A DNA stretch of 64,000 nucleotides from an uncultured Candidatus Melainabacteria bacterium (lineage in GTDB: Bacteria; Cyanobacteriota; Vampirovibrionia; Gastranaerophilales; Gastranaerophilaceae). Below, piece after piece: positions 1 through 9,627 of this stretch. The DNA is taken from NCBI GenBank assembly GCA_947361615.1, contig CANAJP010000004.1, positions 8,216-72,215 of the forward strand. The letters run 5' to 3'. A model generated the notes under the pieces. That model was not told where the DNA came from. It did not search any database and saw only the letters and a list, made by a program, of their open reading frames with translations. Every line of letters begins with the position of its first letter. The stretch's first letter is position 1. The translations under genes and the position numbers were made by a program.

Positions 1-1
1 A

Positions 2-148
2 AGCGATATTCACAAAAAAGGTATTACGCCTGACGTTGTGGTTGAATTAACTGAGGATAATGTTAAGAATAAGGACGATGTTCAATTGAAAAAAGCGATT
101 GAAGTCCTTGGAAATATGATAAAAGAGCAAGCTGTAGCAGTCAGATAG
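2..148 (+). CDS. 3' end of a C-terminal processing (S41/Ctp-like) peptidase gene, cut by the window edge
   Basis: Frame is open from the window start to TAG at 146-148. The tail ...KGITPDVVVEL... resembles the GI-x-PD segment of S41 peptidases. Only 48 codons are visible. Confidence 0.4.
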   Translation, partial: SDIHKKGITPDVVVELTEDNVKNKDDVQLKKAIEVLGNMIKEQAVAVR

Positions 149-149
149 T

Positions 150-2513
150 ATGAAATACAAAGAGTGGATTTATAATAAAAATGCAAAAGAAGAAGCCGCT
201 TTGGTTAAGAGGCTTCTTCTTTCACGTGGCTTGACAGAACCTGATGAGGTAGAGGATTTTTTAAACCCTCTGGAGATGAAATTAACCTCGCCTTACGATT
301 TTACGGATATGCAAAAGGCTGTTGATAGAATAATCAAGGCCATTGTTAATCGCGAAAAAATTATTATTTACGGTGATTTTGATGCTGACGGTGTGACGTC
401 GACTTCTCTTTTGATGAAAACATTGAACCATCTTGAAGCGAATGTGGATTATTTTATTCCACACCGTGAAAAAGAAGGCCACGGGCTTGATTCTGCGGCG
501 CTTGTGAGAATTATTACCGCGAAGAAACCTAAGCTTATAATAACTGTTGACAACGGAATCAGCAATGTTAAAGAAGTCGCATTTTTGAAAAGTTTCGGGG
601 TCGATACTATTATCACTGACCACCACGAAGCAAAAGATGAAGTTCCTGCGGCTTTTGCAATTATTAACCCGAAAGCGTCTAATGCTCTATCTGAAACACT
701 TTCTGCAAGAAAAATTAAAGAGTTAACATATCTTGCAGGTGTAGGGGTTGCGTTTAAACTTGCGCAGGCACTTCTTGAGAAATTTGATAAAGTTGAATTT
801 GCCCTGAAAATCCTTCCGCTCGTTGCTGTCGGAACCGTTGCGGATTTGGTTCCGCTGATTGGTGAGAACAGATGTTTTGTTAAGCGCGGTTTGGAACTCG
901 TTATGAACCACACAGGCCTTAGAGAACTTCTTGCAAGTGCGGGGTATTCGCTTGAAAAACCTGTTACGTCAGAAATAGTTGCATTTGGTATCGCACCGCG
1001 CCTTAATGCTTCCGGCCGTCTTGAGAGCGTAGATAGTGCAATGAAACTCCTTTTGAGTGACAATCCGGCTGAAATTCAATTTGCTGTCCAAACACTCAAT
1101 GAGTTTAATTCCATTCGCCAAACTCTTTGTGCCGATATATTTGCACAGGCTGATGAAATGTGGCAAAAAGAGGGCGCAAAAAATCCGGCTGTTGTTCTTT
1201 TCCACCCTGAATGGCATATCGGAATTATCGGAATTGTTGCATCAAAATTTGTGGAAAAATACCACAAACCGGCTTTTCTTATGACATATTCTGAAGAAAC
1301 CCAGCAGTATCGTTGTTCTGCGCGAGGGGTTAAAGGCTTGAATATCTTCGATATCCTAAACGAAAGCGCAGAAGTTTTTGATGGCTTTGGCGGTCACGAA
1401 CTTGCAGGAGGTTGTTCGTTCTCTAAAGAAAGAATCTCCTTTGAGGCTGTAAAATCAGCGATTAACAAAACTGTAAAAACAATGTTGAACGGTGAAGAAT
1501 TAAAACCATTTGTAGAAGTTGATTTAAAACTTACGCCGTCAGATATTACGGAAGAACTCATTGACCAGCTTGAAATATTTGAACCATTCGGCGCATCTAA
1601 CCCTAACCCTGTTTTTGCTGTCGAAAACCTCATCGTTAAAGAAAAAAAACTTATGGGACAGGATAAAAACCACCTTAAACTCATTTGTGAAGCAGGCGGG
1701 CATGAGTTAACCTGTATATGGTGGCAAAAAGGTGACGTTACGCTTGATACAGGCGATAAATTAGATGTGCTTTTCCACCCTAATCTAAATGAATTTAATG
1801 GCAATAAGTATCTTCAATTAATCTTACAGGACGCGCATTCCGATGCGATAGAATACGAAAAAGACGCAGAACCTGCGCAGGAATTGAAAGTTTTTGACCA
1901 CCGCAGAAAAACAAATATTCTCCCGATGGTCGACGATTACGTTAAAAATTCTAAGTTGAATATAAGAGTTTTTGCCGAAAGCAAAAGCGTTGTGGATTCC
2001 CTGCGTCCATTTAATGCACTGACAGAACGTGTGTTCAATCGCAATAATATTGAAACTTGTGATTCTGTTATGTTTTTTGATTATCCTGCAGACAGGCATG
2101 CGCTTTGCGAAATCCTTGAGAAAACTTCCGTAACTTCAATCCATCTGATGAACTATGATGTTAAACATTTTTCGCAGGAAGAATTTTTGCAAACATCTTT
2201 TAAAATGCTCAAATATGCCGTGAATTATACAAATGGTGAGGTAGAAATTTATAAATTTGCAAGTTTTCTGGGAAAATCCAATGAGGTTCTCGGGCTTCTC
2301 TTCTCTATGTTTGAAGAGGTTGGACTTATAAAAATTCTTTCAAAAAACACACAAACAATAACGATTTCTCTTGATGAAACGGTTAGTCTTTCAAATGTTC
2401 TTCATACGGAAGCTTATTCTAGGCTTCAAGAAGCCGTCGCAGAATGTGAAGAGTTCCAAACATTATTGTTAACAGAAGATTTAGATAAAGTTCAGGAGTT
2501 GTTTACCCTTTAG
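150..2513 (+). CDS. recJ: single-stranded-DNA-specific exonuclease RecJ
   Basis: 787-aa ORF with DHH-family motifs: DFDADGVTS, ITVDNG, IITDHHE. Has the GGH motif (GFGGHELAGG) and a long C-terminal extension. Confidence 0.93.
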   Translation: MKYKEWIYNKNAKEEAALVKRLLLSRGLTEPDEVEDFLNPLEMKLTSPYDFTDMQKAVDRIIKAIVNREKIIIYGDFDADGVTSTSLLMKTLNHLEANVDYFIPHREKEGHGLDSAALVRIITAKKPKLIITVDNGISNVKEVAFLKSFGVDTIITDHHEAKDEVPAAFAIINPKASNALSETLSARKIKELTYLAGVGVAFKLAQALLEKFDKVEFALKILPLVAVGTVADLVPLIGENRCFVKRGLELVMNHTGLRELLASAGYSLEKPVTSEIVAFGIAPRLNASGRLESVDSAMKLLLSDNPAEIQFAVQTLNEFNSIRQTLCADIFAQADEMWQKEGAKNPAVVLFHPEWHIGIIGIVASKFVEKYHKPAFLMTYSEETQQYRCSARGVKGLNIFDILNESAEVFDGFGGHELAGGCSFSKERISFEAVKSAINKTVKTMLNGEELKPFVEVDLKLTPSDITEELIDQLEIFEPFGASNPNPVFAVENLIVKEKKLMGQDKNHLKLICEAGGHELTCIWWQKGDVTLDTGDKLDVLFHPNLNEFNGNKYLQLILQDAHSDAIEYEKDAEPAQELKVFDHRRKTNILPMVDDYVKNSKLNIRVFAESKSVVDSLRPFNALTERVFNRNNIETCDSVMFFDYPADRHALCEILEKTSVTSIHLMNYDVKHFSQEEFLQTSFKMLKYAVNYTNGEVEIYKFASFLGKSNEVLGLLFSMFEEVGLIKILSKNTQTITISLDETVSLSNVLHTEAYSRLQEAVAECEEFQTLLLTEDLDKVQELFTL

Positions 2514-2716
2514 AGCGTTTATAGGTAAAAAGAAAGTCTCGTCAATAGACAAGACTTATAAATATACATTTACCCTAGACGAATAATAGCATGGACTAAG
2601 TTTTTTGTCAACAGGTTAACTTGTTGGGCGATAACTATTTGGTCGGTTTGTAACGAATTTGTAACAATGGCGAACTTTTTATGATATTATTCGTTATAGA
2701 AATGTGGGCAGATGAA

Positions 2717-2746
2717 TTGACATTACTGCCCGCAATGCGATATAAT
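2717..2746 (+). promoter_or_regulatory. sigma-70-type promoter for the 2777 gene
   Basis: TTGACA, an 18-nt spacer, then TATAAT, about 30 nt upstream of AAGGAG and the ATG at 2777. Confidence 0.6.
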
Positions 2747-2776
2747 TTAAACGTTAGTGAAATTAAGGAGAAAATT

Positions 2777-3178
2777 ATGAAGAAATTATTTGCACTTGTG
2801 GCATTACTTGCATTAACAACAGCAGGCGCATCTTACGCTGCAGGCACTTACACTGAATCTGTCGTTAATAAATATACTTCAGGCGTTGCTAAAAAAGAGC
2901 AACAAATGAAAAATGAAGCAGCAGCAAGACAACAGGCAAGAGAAGCTCAAAAAGCAGAATTCCAGAAAAAAGTAGAGGCGGATAAAGCTGCTCGCGAAGC
3001 TAGACAAGCTGAATTTAACAAAAAAATTCAAGACCAACAAGCTGCAAATGAAGCAAAAAGAGCAGAGTTTCAGAAAAAAGTAGAAGCTGATAAAAAAGCA
3101 CGTGAGGCTCGTCAGGCTGAAACTGATAAGAAAATTCAACAGAAAAAAGAAGCTTGGAACACTTTAATGGGTAAATAG
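2777..3178 (+). CDS. secreted Lys/Gln/Ala-rich coiled-coil repeat protein
   Basis: AAGGAG RBS sits 7 nt before the ATG at 2777. Signal peptide MKKLFALVALLALTTAGASYA. Internal repeats are AEFQKKVEADK(A/K)AREARQAE. The upstream part of the tracked ORF (2681-2776) has no RBS. Confidence 0.7.
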   Translation: MKKLFALVALLALTTAGASYAAGTYTESVVNKYTSGVAKKEQQMKNEAAARQQAREAQKAEFQKKVEADKAAREARQAEFNKKIQDQQAANEAKRAEFQKKVEADKKAREARQAETDKKIQQKKEAWNTLMGK

Positions 3179-3202
3179 CGATAAGCTTATTTTTAGATAA
3201 TT

Positions 3203-3226
3203 AAAGGCCGCATTTGCGGCCTTTTG
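3203..3226. terminator. bidirectional intrinsic terminator between convergent genes
   Basis: aaaGGCCGCatttGCGGCCtttt hairpin flanked by A and T runs. Confidence 0.75.
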
Positions 3227-3229
3227 TTA

Positions 3230-3889
3230 TTAATATAAAATTTTTTCAAGCAGAACATCCTCTAACTCTTTTATGTTTTTACACGCGGCAATATGTTCTA
3301 CCCTCGCCAAATCTTGAATGCAGCTAAAACCAAATCCGTGGGTTAGTGCGATGAAATCAATTCCCGCTTCATTCGCGCCTCTTGCGTCTGCATTGCTGTC
3401 GCCAACCATGACACAAGATTTTTTGTCAGCATTAAGTTTTTTAATACATTCATTAATTATATCTGTTTTGGTAAGTTTTCCTTCCAGATCGCTTCCCATT
3501 GCGTAATCGCAAAAATCCAGAATCCCGAATTCCTTCAAAACAGCCATCGCATTGTCATGACTTTTATAAGTCGCAACTGCAATTTGGCGCCCCTGTTTTT
3601 TTAATTCTGCAAGCATTTCCAGTACGTTAGGGTATAAGGCTGCACGAAACATGGAATATTTTTTGTAATTTGCGCGGAACATGTTTGCATAATTCATTGC
3701 CGTTTCTTTATCCATATTAAAGTGATGGGCGAAAGAATCTTGTATCGGCGGGCCAATAAAAGTTTTTAGAATTTCGTACGATGGTGTTTCAATGCCTATT
3801 TCTTTTAACGTGATTTTTACTGCATCAATGATGCCGATTGTTGAATCAATTAATGTACCATCTAAATCAAAAATAACTGTTTTATACAT
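3230..3889 (-). CDS. HAD-superfamily phosphatase (phosphoglycolate-phosphatase-like, subfamily IA)
   Basis: DLDGTLIDS motif I and a GDSNADARGA motif IV region. Last gene of the glycan operon; overlaps the upstream gene by 8 nt. Confidence 0.8.
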   Translation of the reverse strand: MYKTVIFDLDGTLIDSTIGIIDAVKITLKEIGIETPSYEILKTFIGPPIQDSFAHHFNMDKETAMNYANMFRANYKKYSMFRAALYPNVLEMLAELKKQGRQIAVATYKSHDNAMAVLKEFGILDFCDYAMGSDLEGKLTKTDIINECIKKLNADKKSCVMVGDSNADARGANEAGIDFIALTHGFGFSCIQDLARVEHIAACKNIKELEDVLLEKILY

Positions 3890-5498
3890 GCAAAATTTCT
3901 CCGGATTTCTGATAATTTGATTTCGTTAAAAATTCAATCTGTATGTACTTTTGGAATTCCGCAAGCTGTTTGACAATTTCATTTGTAACTTCAACAACGT
4001 TTTCCTGTTGTTGGAAGAATTGATAGTTTTTGTCATAATAATTCTGAGTATACTTTGAAAATCCATCAAATCCCGCTAAAATTACTTTATTAACTTTTAA
4101 TTTTATCAGTGTTTTCATTAATAAGTATAATGAAGATTCGCCCATGATTGTATCTTTTGAAATTAAATTATTCCAGTTGAGAACAAAATCGGTGTTGTTC
4201 TCTTTGTCGGCAATGTTGCTTGTTATTATAACCTTACCGGAATTTTTAGTTTTTGTATAATAGTCAGTAAACTGGTCATATCGTTTTGCATTGCTGATAA
4301 ATATGTAATCTGTTGGAAAATTCGTATTAATATGGTTAACAGAGAATATTATCGGGTTGTGTTCATTAATATAATCTTTGATTTTATTATATTGAGTTTT
4401 GACTGACTTTCCAGGGCCGAGTAGCAAAATTGTAGAGTTTGCAATTTTTTTGCTTAATTGATCATAAGCTTTTTTATCATCAATATTATTTTGTTGGTGC
4501 TTCTGGTAAAGTTCTTCAATATAATCTTTGTCGAATGTCAGTTTTTTGTCTTCCTGTATATTACTTAAAATTTCATTGATTTCTTTGACCGGAAGCATAT
4601 TTTTCTTCTCAAGGTATGAAACATAATTCGGATGGCAGTCATTCAACGCTGAAATGTAGTATGAGAATTGATATCCCCAGCTATATTCTTTTAAAAATTT
4701 CAAAATTTCAAGTTCAATAGTGTTGAGGATTTCAGGCATATCATAATTTTTTGAATGGTTTGTATTTAGATACATTGCAAGTAGTTCGGTATTGCAATTT
4801 CCTGCAGATTTTCCCATACCATATAATGAACTATCAAGAATAATGCTTCTGTTTGTTTTGATATTCAATAATTCTATGGCATTAGAATATGCAAGCTGGA
4901 AGTTATTATGCGAATGATATCCGATTTCAATGTTTTCATTTAGGTTATTGTCAAGAAGATAGAAGTATCTAAATAGTCTATCTTTATGTAACAGCCCGTA
5001 AGTGTCTACCAGTGACATCGCAATAGGGTTTAAGTCATTTACCAAATCAATTAAATCAAGCATTTCTCTGTCAGAGTATGTGGTAATTGAAACAGGGTTT
5101 GTATAAACTTCATATCCCTTTTCTTTAAGTTGATGGCAGAATTGTATTGCATTATGCATGTCTTTTTTCTTAAAAATTACACGAATGCCGTCAAGAAAAG
5201 AATCTTTTTGGAGCGAAATATTGTCTATAGAACATGTTCCATAATCAATCATACCAACAACAGTGGTATTACCTTTAGTTTGGTTTTCGAGAATTTTATC
5301 AAATGTCTTGGTATCAGGATTTATTGTTCGGTTCATATCAAGCGAGCGTGAATCATTAATAAATCCGACTTCAATAATGTCAACATTTGATTTAATTAAT
5401 CTTCTAAAAATACTGCGAATAGAATTATACCCGAAATTCCAGTCATTAAGGAAACCGCCGTCGCGTAAAGTGCAGTCTAAAAGTCTAATTTTTCTCAT
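3882..5498 (-). CDS. fusion protein: N-terminal DRE-TIM (HMGL-like / 4-hydroxy-2-oxovalerate-aldolase-like) domain plus C-terminal DUF115/GT42-like nucleotide-sugar-transferase-like domain
   Basis: N-terminal motifs: LLDCTLRDGG, GYHSHNNFQLAYSNA, LDSSLYGMGKSAGNCNTEL (metal and substrate motifs of DRE-TIM metallolyases). C-terminal motifs (aa ~355-538): LLLGPGKS, DYIFISNAKRY, GESSLYLLMKTLIKLKVNKVILAGFDGF. These resemble the GNGPSL / SG..M / GiDFY pattern of Cst-type (GT42) and Maf/DUF115 proteins. Confidence 0.6.
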   Translation of the reverse strand: MRKIRLLDCTLRDGGFLNDWNFGYNSIRSIFRRLIKSNVDIIEVGFINDSRSLDMNRTINPDTKTFDKILENQTKGNTTVVGMIDYGTCSIDNISLQKDSFLDGIRVIFKKKDMHNAIQFCHQLKEKGYEVYTNPVSITTYSDREMLDLIDLVNDLNPIAMSLVDTYGLLHKDRLFRYFYLLDNNLNENIEIGYHSHNNFQLAYSNAIELLNIKTNRSIILDSSLYGMGKSAGNCNTELLAMYLNTNHSKNYDMPEILNTIELEILKFLKEYSWGYQFSYYISALNDCHPNYVSYLEKKNMLPVKEINEILSNIQEDKKLTFDKDYIEELYQKHQQNNIDDKKAYDQLSKKIANSTILLLGPGKSVKTQYNKIKDYINEHNPIIFSVNHINTNFPTDYIFISNAKRYDQFTDYYTKTKNSGKVIITSNIADKENNTDFVLNWNNLISKDTIMGESSLYLLMKTLIKLKVNKVILAGFDGFSKYTQNYYDKNYQFFQQQENVVEVTNEIVKQLAEFQKYIQIEFLTKSNYQKSGEILHV

Positions 5499-6160
5499 TA
5501 CTTGCCCTCTTGTCTTAGCTTTTTATACATAAATTCTGCGAATTCAAAGTCAACCATATCATCAATATCTATGGCTTCAACTTTGTCTACCGGATATAAA
5601 TAAGGGTTTTTTCCTACATAATGGCTTAATTCGATTAATCTGTCACGTTTTATAATATTAATCGCGAAATTTAAAGCCATAATATTTGGTAAATCTTGAC
5701 TTTTAGGTGTTTTGCTTAATTCATAATTTATAGGCTTTCCGTCGAGCCATAAGAATTCTTTAATATAATGAGCGGTATTTACCGAATCGTACTGTTTACA
5801 GTTGGCGAAATAGAAATCAATACATTTTTCGATTGTTGAATCTTCAATCATCGGGCTGGTAACGTTTGTGTACATAATTATATCGCTGTCACAATTTTCA
5901 GCAATATTTTTGTACATTTCGTTGGTGACGTTATCGCCTGCATAATATTCATCTCTTTTTACTGCTTGTACCCCCAGACTTCTAGCGATATCAAGCATTT
6001 CATCATCGTTTGAGTTTACAACAATACCGTCAAGATTTTTTAGGCGTTGTAATTGTTTTATTTTTATTGTGAGTAAATTGCTGTCTGCAAACGGTCTAAT
6101 ATTTTTATTGGCGACTCTTTTAGAACCTGAACGTACTGGTATTAAAGCTTTAATTATCAT
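5498..6160 (-). CDS. acylneuraminate-cytidylyltransferase-family CMP-sugar synthetase
   Basis: N-terminus [20 protein letters not shown] matches the CTP_transf_3 signature. 220 aa. 1-nt and 4-nt overlaps with the neighbouring genes. Confidence 0.8.
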   Translation of the reverse strand: MIIKALIPVRSGSKRVANKNIRPFADSNLLTIKIKQLQRLKNLDGIVVNSNDDEMLDIARSLGVQAVKRDEYYAGDNVTNEMYKNIAENCDSDIIMYTNVTSPMIEDSTIEKCIDFYFANCKQYDSVNTAHYIKEFLWLDGKPINYELSKTPKSQDLPNIMALNFAINIIKRDRLIELSHYVGKNPYLYPVDKVEAIDIDDMVDFEFAEFMYKKLRQEGK

Positions 6161-8601
6161 ATTATTTCCTCTTTCTTTTTATCAAAATATCCTTTTTTAC
6201 TTGCAAAATGCTCTATTTCTTTATTTTGTGATAATAAAGGTCGCTGGTTTACATAATTTTGACATTTTTCATACAATATTTTTTTTAATTCAGTTTTGGA
6301 GTAAAGTTTTGCATCTACAGATAATAATTCATTAATTGGTGTTGTATATTCTGTAACCATTTTTTTAAATAATAAGTCAAGCCAGCGAAGATCCAGAGTT
6401 TCATCGTGTATTCTTTCTAGTAGTGATAGCGAAAAACCAGGAGTTTTTCTAAAATACATTTGATGCAATGAGGCAGAAGAAGAAAGCGAAACAATTGCGT
6501 CAACGTCAATATCATAACATTCCATAGGTAGAGTTGTATTTTCCATTATCACAACAGCAGGATTATCAATATATTTTCTCGGATCTCTCGGGTGTGGTTT
6601 GAAATATATTTTGTAACCTAATTCAATTAACTGTTCAATTAAACAGTTTTGTAAGCAAATATATTCATCTCTTGGTAATCCTGAAATTTCCCACCAAGAG
6701 CCGCAGAAGATGATAGTCTTTTTATCTTTTGTGATTTCTATATTTAACGGACAAAGCTTTTCGCAATCTTTTGCGACGTCAAGAAAGATTGCCTTATTTA
6801 GCGGAATTATTTTATTGAAATAATTTTTATCAAGTCCGAAAAAATCGAGTTTATCTAAATAATTATGCATTATTATTTTATCGACTTTACTGTAATCCAG
6901 ATCTGCCAGGCGTGCCATTTTACTGCCTACACCCTCGTCTGTTAAAATCCATTTGGCATTAGGGTATAATTCTTCTGAAAGAAAAATAAACTGGTATTGA
7001 TTGGAAAAGAATATTTCATCAAAGTCGTATAATTTATTTTCAATAAAGAATCGTCTAAAATCAGTAATCTTACCGTATAATGTGTATATTTCTTTGAAGT
7101 CGTGCAGACTTGCAATTTTCTTGCAGGCAGTATCAAACATCGGATTTTTCATATTCGAATATATGAATAATACGTCTTCGCAATTTGGTGTATTCAATTG
7201 CTTAATAATTGCAAGGTCGTTTACCAGAGAAATATTTCCGGTGGTTAAAAATAGTCTGCGTGTAATGTTTTTATTTTTTCTGTTTAAGTATTCATTATTA
7301 GCTTTTACAAAATTTTTGACATGTCTTTTTATACTAATTTTGCATTTGATTTTGATTCCAAAAATTTTAATTAGTTTATATTTATTATTTCCCCTATATT
7401 CATTACCAATGTATAATATTTTTTTAGGAAGTTTTTTTAAAAATGATATGCAATCGCGTTTTCGAGATATTTTAATTTTCATTCCTAAAATACTAAATGT
7501 TTTGTGATTATTGTCTGAATTTTTAACAGAAAATATTTTTTGGTAATGCATTGATATTTTCAAGCCTAAAAGTCTTAAAACCATTTTTGGCTTTCGATTT
7601 CTATAGATTTTAAGGCCGAATATATTATTCCCAAATGCCTTAAACGGAATATCAAGCTGTAAAATTCTGTAATATTGTTGTTTTTTTATAAAATTAATTT
7701 CCTCCCCCCAGTCATAATTTGAAGGTAAGGTGTTTACAAAATCAGATAGAAGTTTTTTTATATCATCTGTTAATTTTTCATTATAGGACAAATCAAATAA
7801 TATTGTGTTGAATAGTCTGCGAAAGATTAGTTGGTTGAATTCTTCAAGTTGATTTTGTTCTTTATAAAAATTTAAAGCTGTAAGCGTAGAGTTTATATGG
7901 GTAGTTAATAAAAATTGAAAGTCCTTGTTCAGAAAGCTCATTGCAGAACTATTACGAATGTTGTAATTGTATAAACATTTATCAATGAAGTATAAATATT
8001 TTACTTTAATCATGTACATTAAATTGAATAATACATCTTCAGATATTTTATAATTTTCGAATTTTAGCTTGAGGCCTTGAATTATAGAGGCTTTATACAG
8101 AAATGCCCATGGAGGTAAAAACATACGGGTTATTAGTTTAACGGATTTTTGTTGTAACCCTTTTGTAAATTTTGAATGCCAATTTTTTATTCTTATGTAA
8201 TCACGTTCCGGTAAGTTTTCATTAATATTATTGGGGAAAAAACATACCAGGTCGGTTTTTGGATTTGAAAAGTACGCGTCCACAGCCAATTCATAGCATT
8301 CAGGTTCAAGCCAGTCATCAGAGTCGACAAATGCAATATATTCACCTGTTGCTATGTCAAGTCCGTGGTTTCTTGCAGCTGAAACACCTGCATTCTCTTG
8401 ATTTATTACTATAATTCGTTCATCTTTTTTTGCATATTCTTCTAATATCGTGTGTGAATTATCTGGAGAACCATCATTAATACAAATTATTTCAAGGTTT
8501 TTATATGTTTGATTAATAACACTATCCAAACATTTTTCTAAATATTTTTCGACATTATATACTGGTATAATTACTGATATTTTGGGATTTAAATTTGTCA
8601 T
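6157..8601 (-). CDS. bifunctional glycosyltransferase: N-terminal GT2 domain, basic repeat linker, C-terminal sialyltransferase-motif (GT38/GT52-like) domain
   Basis: aa 8-100 carry [14 protein letters not shown]...INDGSPDNS...FVDSDD (GT2). The C-terminal half carries LTDEGVGS (aa 552-559), [12 protein letters not shown] (aa 665-676) and VSLSSSASL. By eye it is colinear with E. coli NeuS (LIEEGTGTY, IFIKPHPKEPKK, IGLTSSSL). Confidence 0.65.
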   Translation of the reverse strand: MTNLNPKISVIIPVYNVEKYLEKCLDSVINQTYKNLEIICINDGSPDNSHTILEEYAKKDERIIVINQENAGVSAARNHGLDIATGEYIAFVDSDDWLEPECYELAVDAYFSNPKTDLVCFFPNNINENLPERDYIRIKNWHSKFTKGLQQKSVKLITRMFLPPWAFLYKASIIQGLKLKFENYKISEDVLFNLMYMIKVKYLYFIDKCLYNYNIRNSSAMSFLNKDFQFLLTTHINSTLTALNFYKEQNQLEEFNQLIFRRLFNTILFDLSYNEKLTDDIKKLLSDFVNTLPSNYDWGEEINFIKKQQYYRILQLDIPFKAFGNNIFGLKIYRNRKPKMVLRLLGLKISMHYQKIFSVKNSDNNHKTFSILGMKIKISRKRDCISFLKKLPKKILYIGNEYRGNNKYKLIKIFGIKIKCKISIKRHVKNFVKANNEYLNRKNKNITRRLFLTTGNISLVNDLAIIKQLNTPNCEDVLFIYSNMKNPMFDTACKKIASLHDFKEIYTLYGKITDFRRFFIENKLYDFDEIFFSNQYQFIFLSEELYPNAKWILTDEGVGSKMARLADLDYSKVDKIIMHNYLDKLDFFGLDKNYFNKIIPLNKAIFLDVAKDCEKLCPLNIEITKDKKTIIFCGSWWEISGLPRDEYICLQNCLIEQLIELGYKIYFKPHPRDPRKYIDNPAVVIMENTTLPMECYDIDVDAIVSLSSSASLHQMYFRKTPGFSLSLLERIHDETLDLRWLDLLFKKMVTEYTTPINELLSVDAKLYSKTELKKILYEKCQNYVNQRPLLSQNKEIEHFASKKGYFDKKKEEII

Positions 8602-8613
8602 TTTTACCTCTTG

Positions 8614-9627
8614 CTATCTTAAAAAATTTTTTGCTTCCCTTATTTTTTCTTTACAAGCTGCTTTTTTATTTTTATAATGTTCTTTCTTTTTGCCTTGAGA
8701 TATTAAATATAGAAATTTATAACGCCAATATTTCAAAATATTTTCACGATATTTGAAAGTTATTTTTATTATTTCTGTATCATTCGGTGTTTTATTCAAT
8801 GGTAAATTTAGCACATCAGTGAATATTTTTTCATAAAATGGTGTTAATTTTGCATAATACCAAAAATATTCTCCATAACGTGAATTAAATGTTGTCCAGG
8901 GTTTTATTTTGTGGATGTAGTGCAAAATTTTATGGTTTGAAACCATTTGTTCCTTTTCTGCTTCATCTAAGACATTAAACCATTTTTCATAAACACAAGT
9001 TGCAGCATTCCAGCACCAATCAAGATATAAAACTTTATCTTTAAAAATAGCATTAAATAAATCCTGATCCGGGAATTTTAATTCCATTGTTGGTGCTAAT
9101 TCGATAGCTCTTTGTTCAAAGTTTATCTCTCTCCATTTATTGAGATTTGCATAAAACATTCCTGTATTGAAATATGGGTTTGTTTCAGGTGTACGGTGGC
9201 ATTTATACCATGCATCTTTTGCTGCAGCAATACAATAGTTGTCTATATTTATGCTCCAAAGCTCTGATAAATCACCGGTAACAATCATATCACCCTCTAG
9301 AATAATTGCGCGTTCTAGATTAGGAAAGAGCGACGAAATCATTAATTTCGCATAAACAATTTTAGAATCAATGTGAGTATTTACGCAGTAAGGAAGTTCA
9401 AAACTTAAACCTGCATTCAAGTATTTATATTCAATATCAAAATCGTAATGCCTTTTTAACATTTCTACTTTGTTAATTGTTTCTTGCCGAATATCTTCTG
9501 TCAAAATATGAAAGAATAGTTTATAATTTTTGTTAATATTTTCAAGCGCAGAAACGAGTAATACCGATACATACGGCATATATTTGTCAGAACTTGGAAT
9601 TATTATATCAATTATTTGCTGCTGCAT
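8614..9627 (-). CDS. GT8-family glycosyltransferase
   Basis: ILEGDMIVTGD (DxD region), NTGMFYANL and HYIHKIKPW motifs. Start set at the internal MQQQ, because the longer tracked ORF runs further into the upstream gene. Confidence 0.75.
   Translation of the reverse strand: MQQQIIDIIIPSSDKYMPYVSVLLVSALENINKNYKLFFHILTEDIRQETINKVEMLKRHYDFDIEYKYLNAGLSFELPYCVNTHIDSKIVYAKLMISSLFPNLERAIILEGDMIVTGDLSELWSINIDNYCIAAAKDAWYKCHRTPETNPYFNTGMFYANLNKWREINFEQRAIELAPTMELKFPDQDLFNAIFKDKVLYLDWCWNAATCVYEKWFNVLDEAEKEQMVSNHKILHYIHKIKPWTTFNSRYGEYFWYYAKLTPFYEKIFTDVLNLPLNKTPNDTEIIKITFKYRENILKYWRYKFLYLISQGKKKEHYKNKKAACKEKIREAKNFLR

Noticed and set aside
282-2099. Numerous antisense or off-frame ORFs inside recJ (for example 449-1063, 1394-1804).
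   Set aside because: They overlap a well-supported 787-aa RecJ gene. Their compositions are Ser/Arg/Leu-rich or Cys-rich, as is typical of antisense frames, and they have no RBS.
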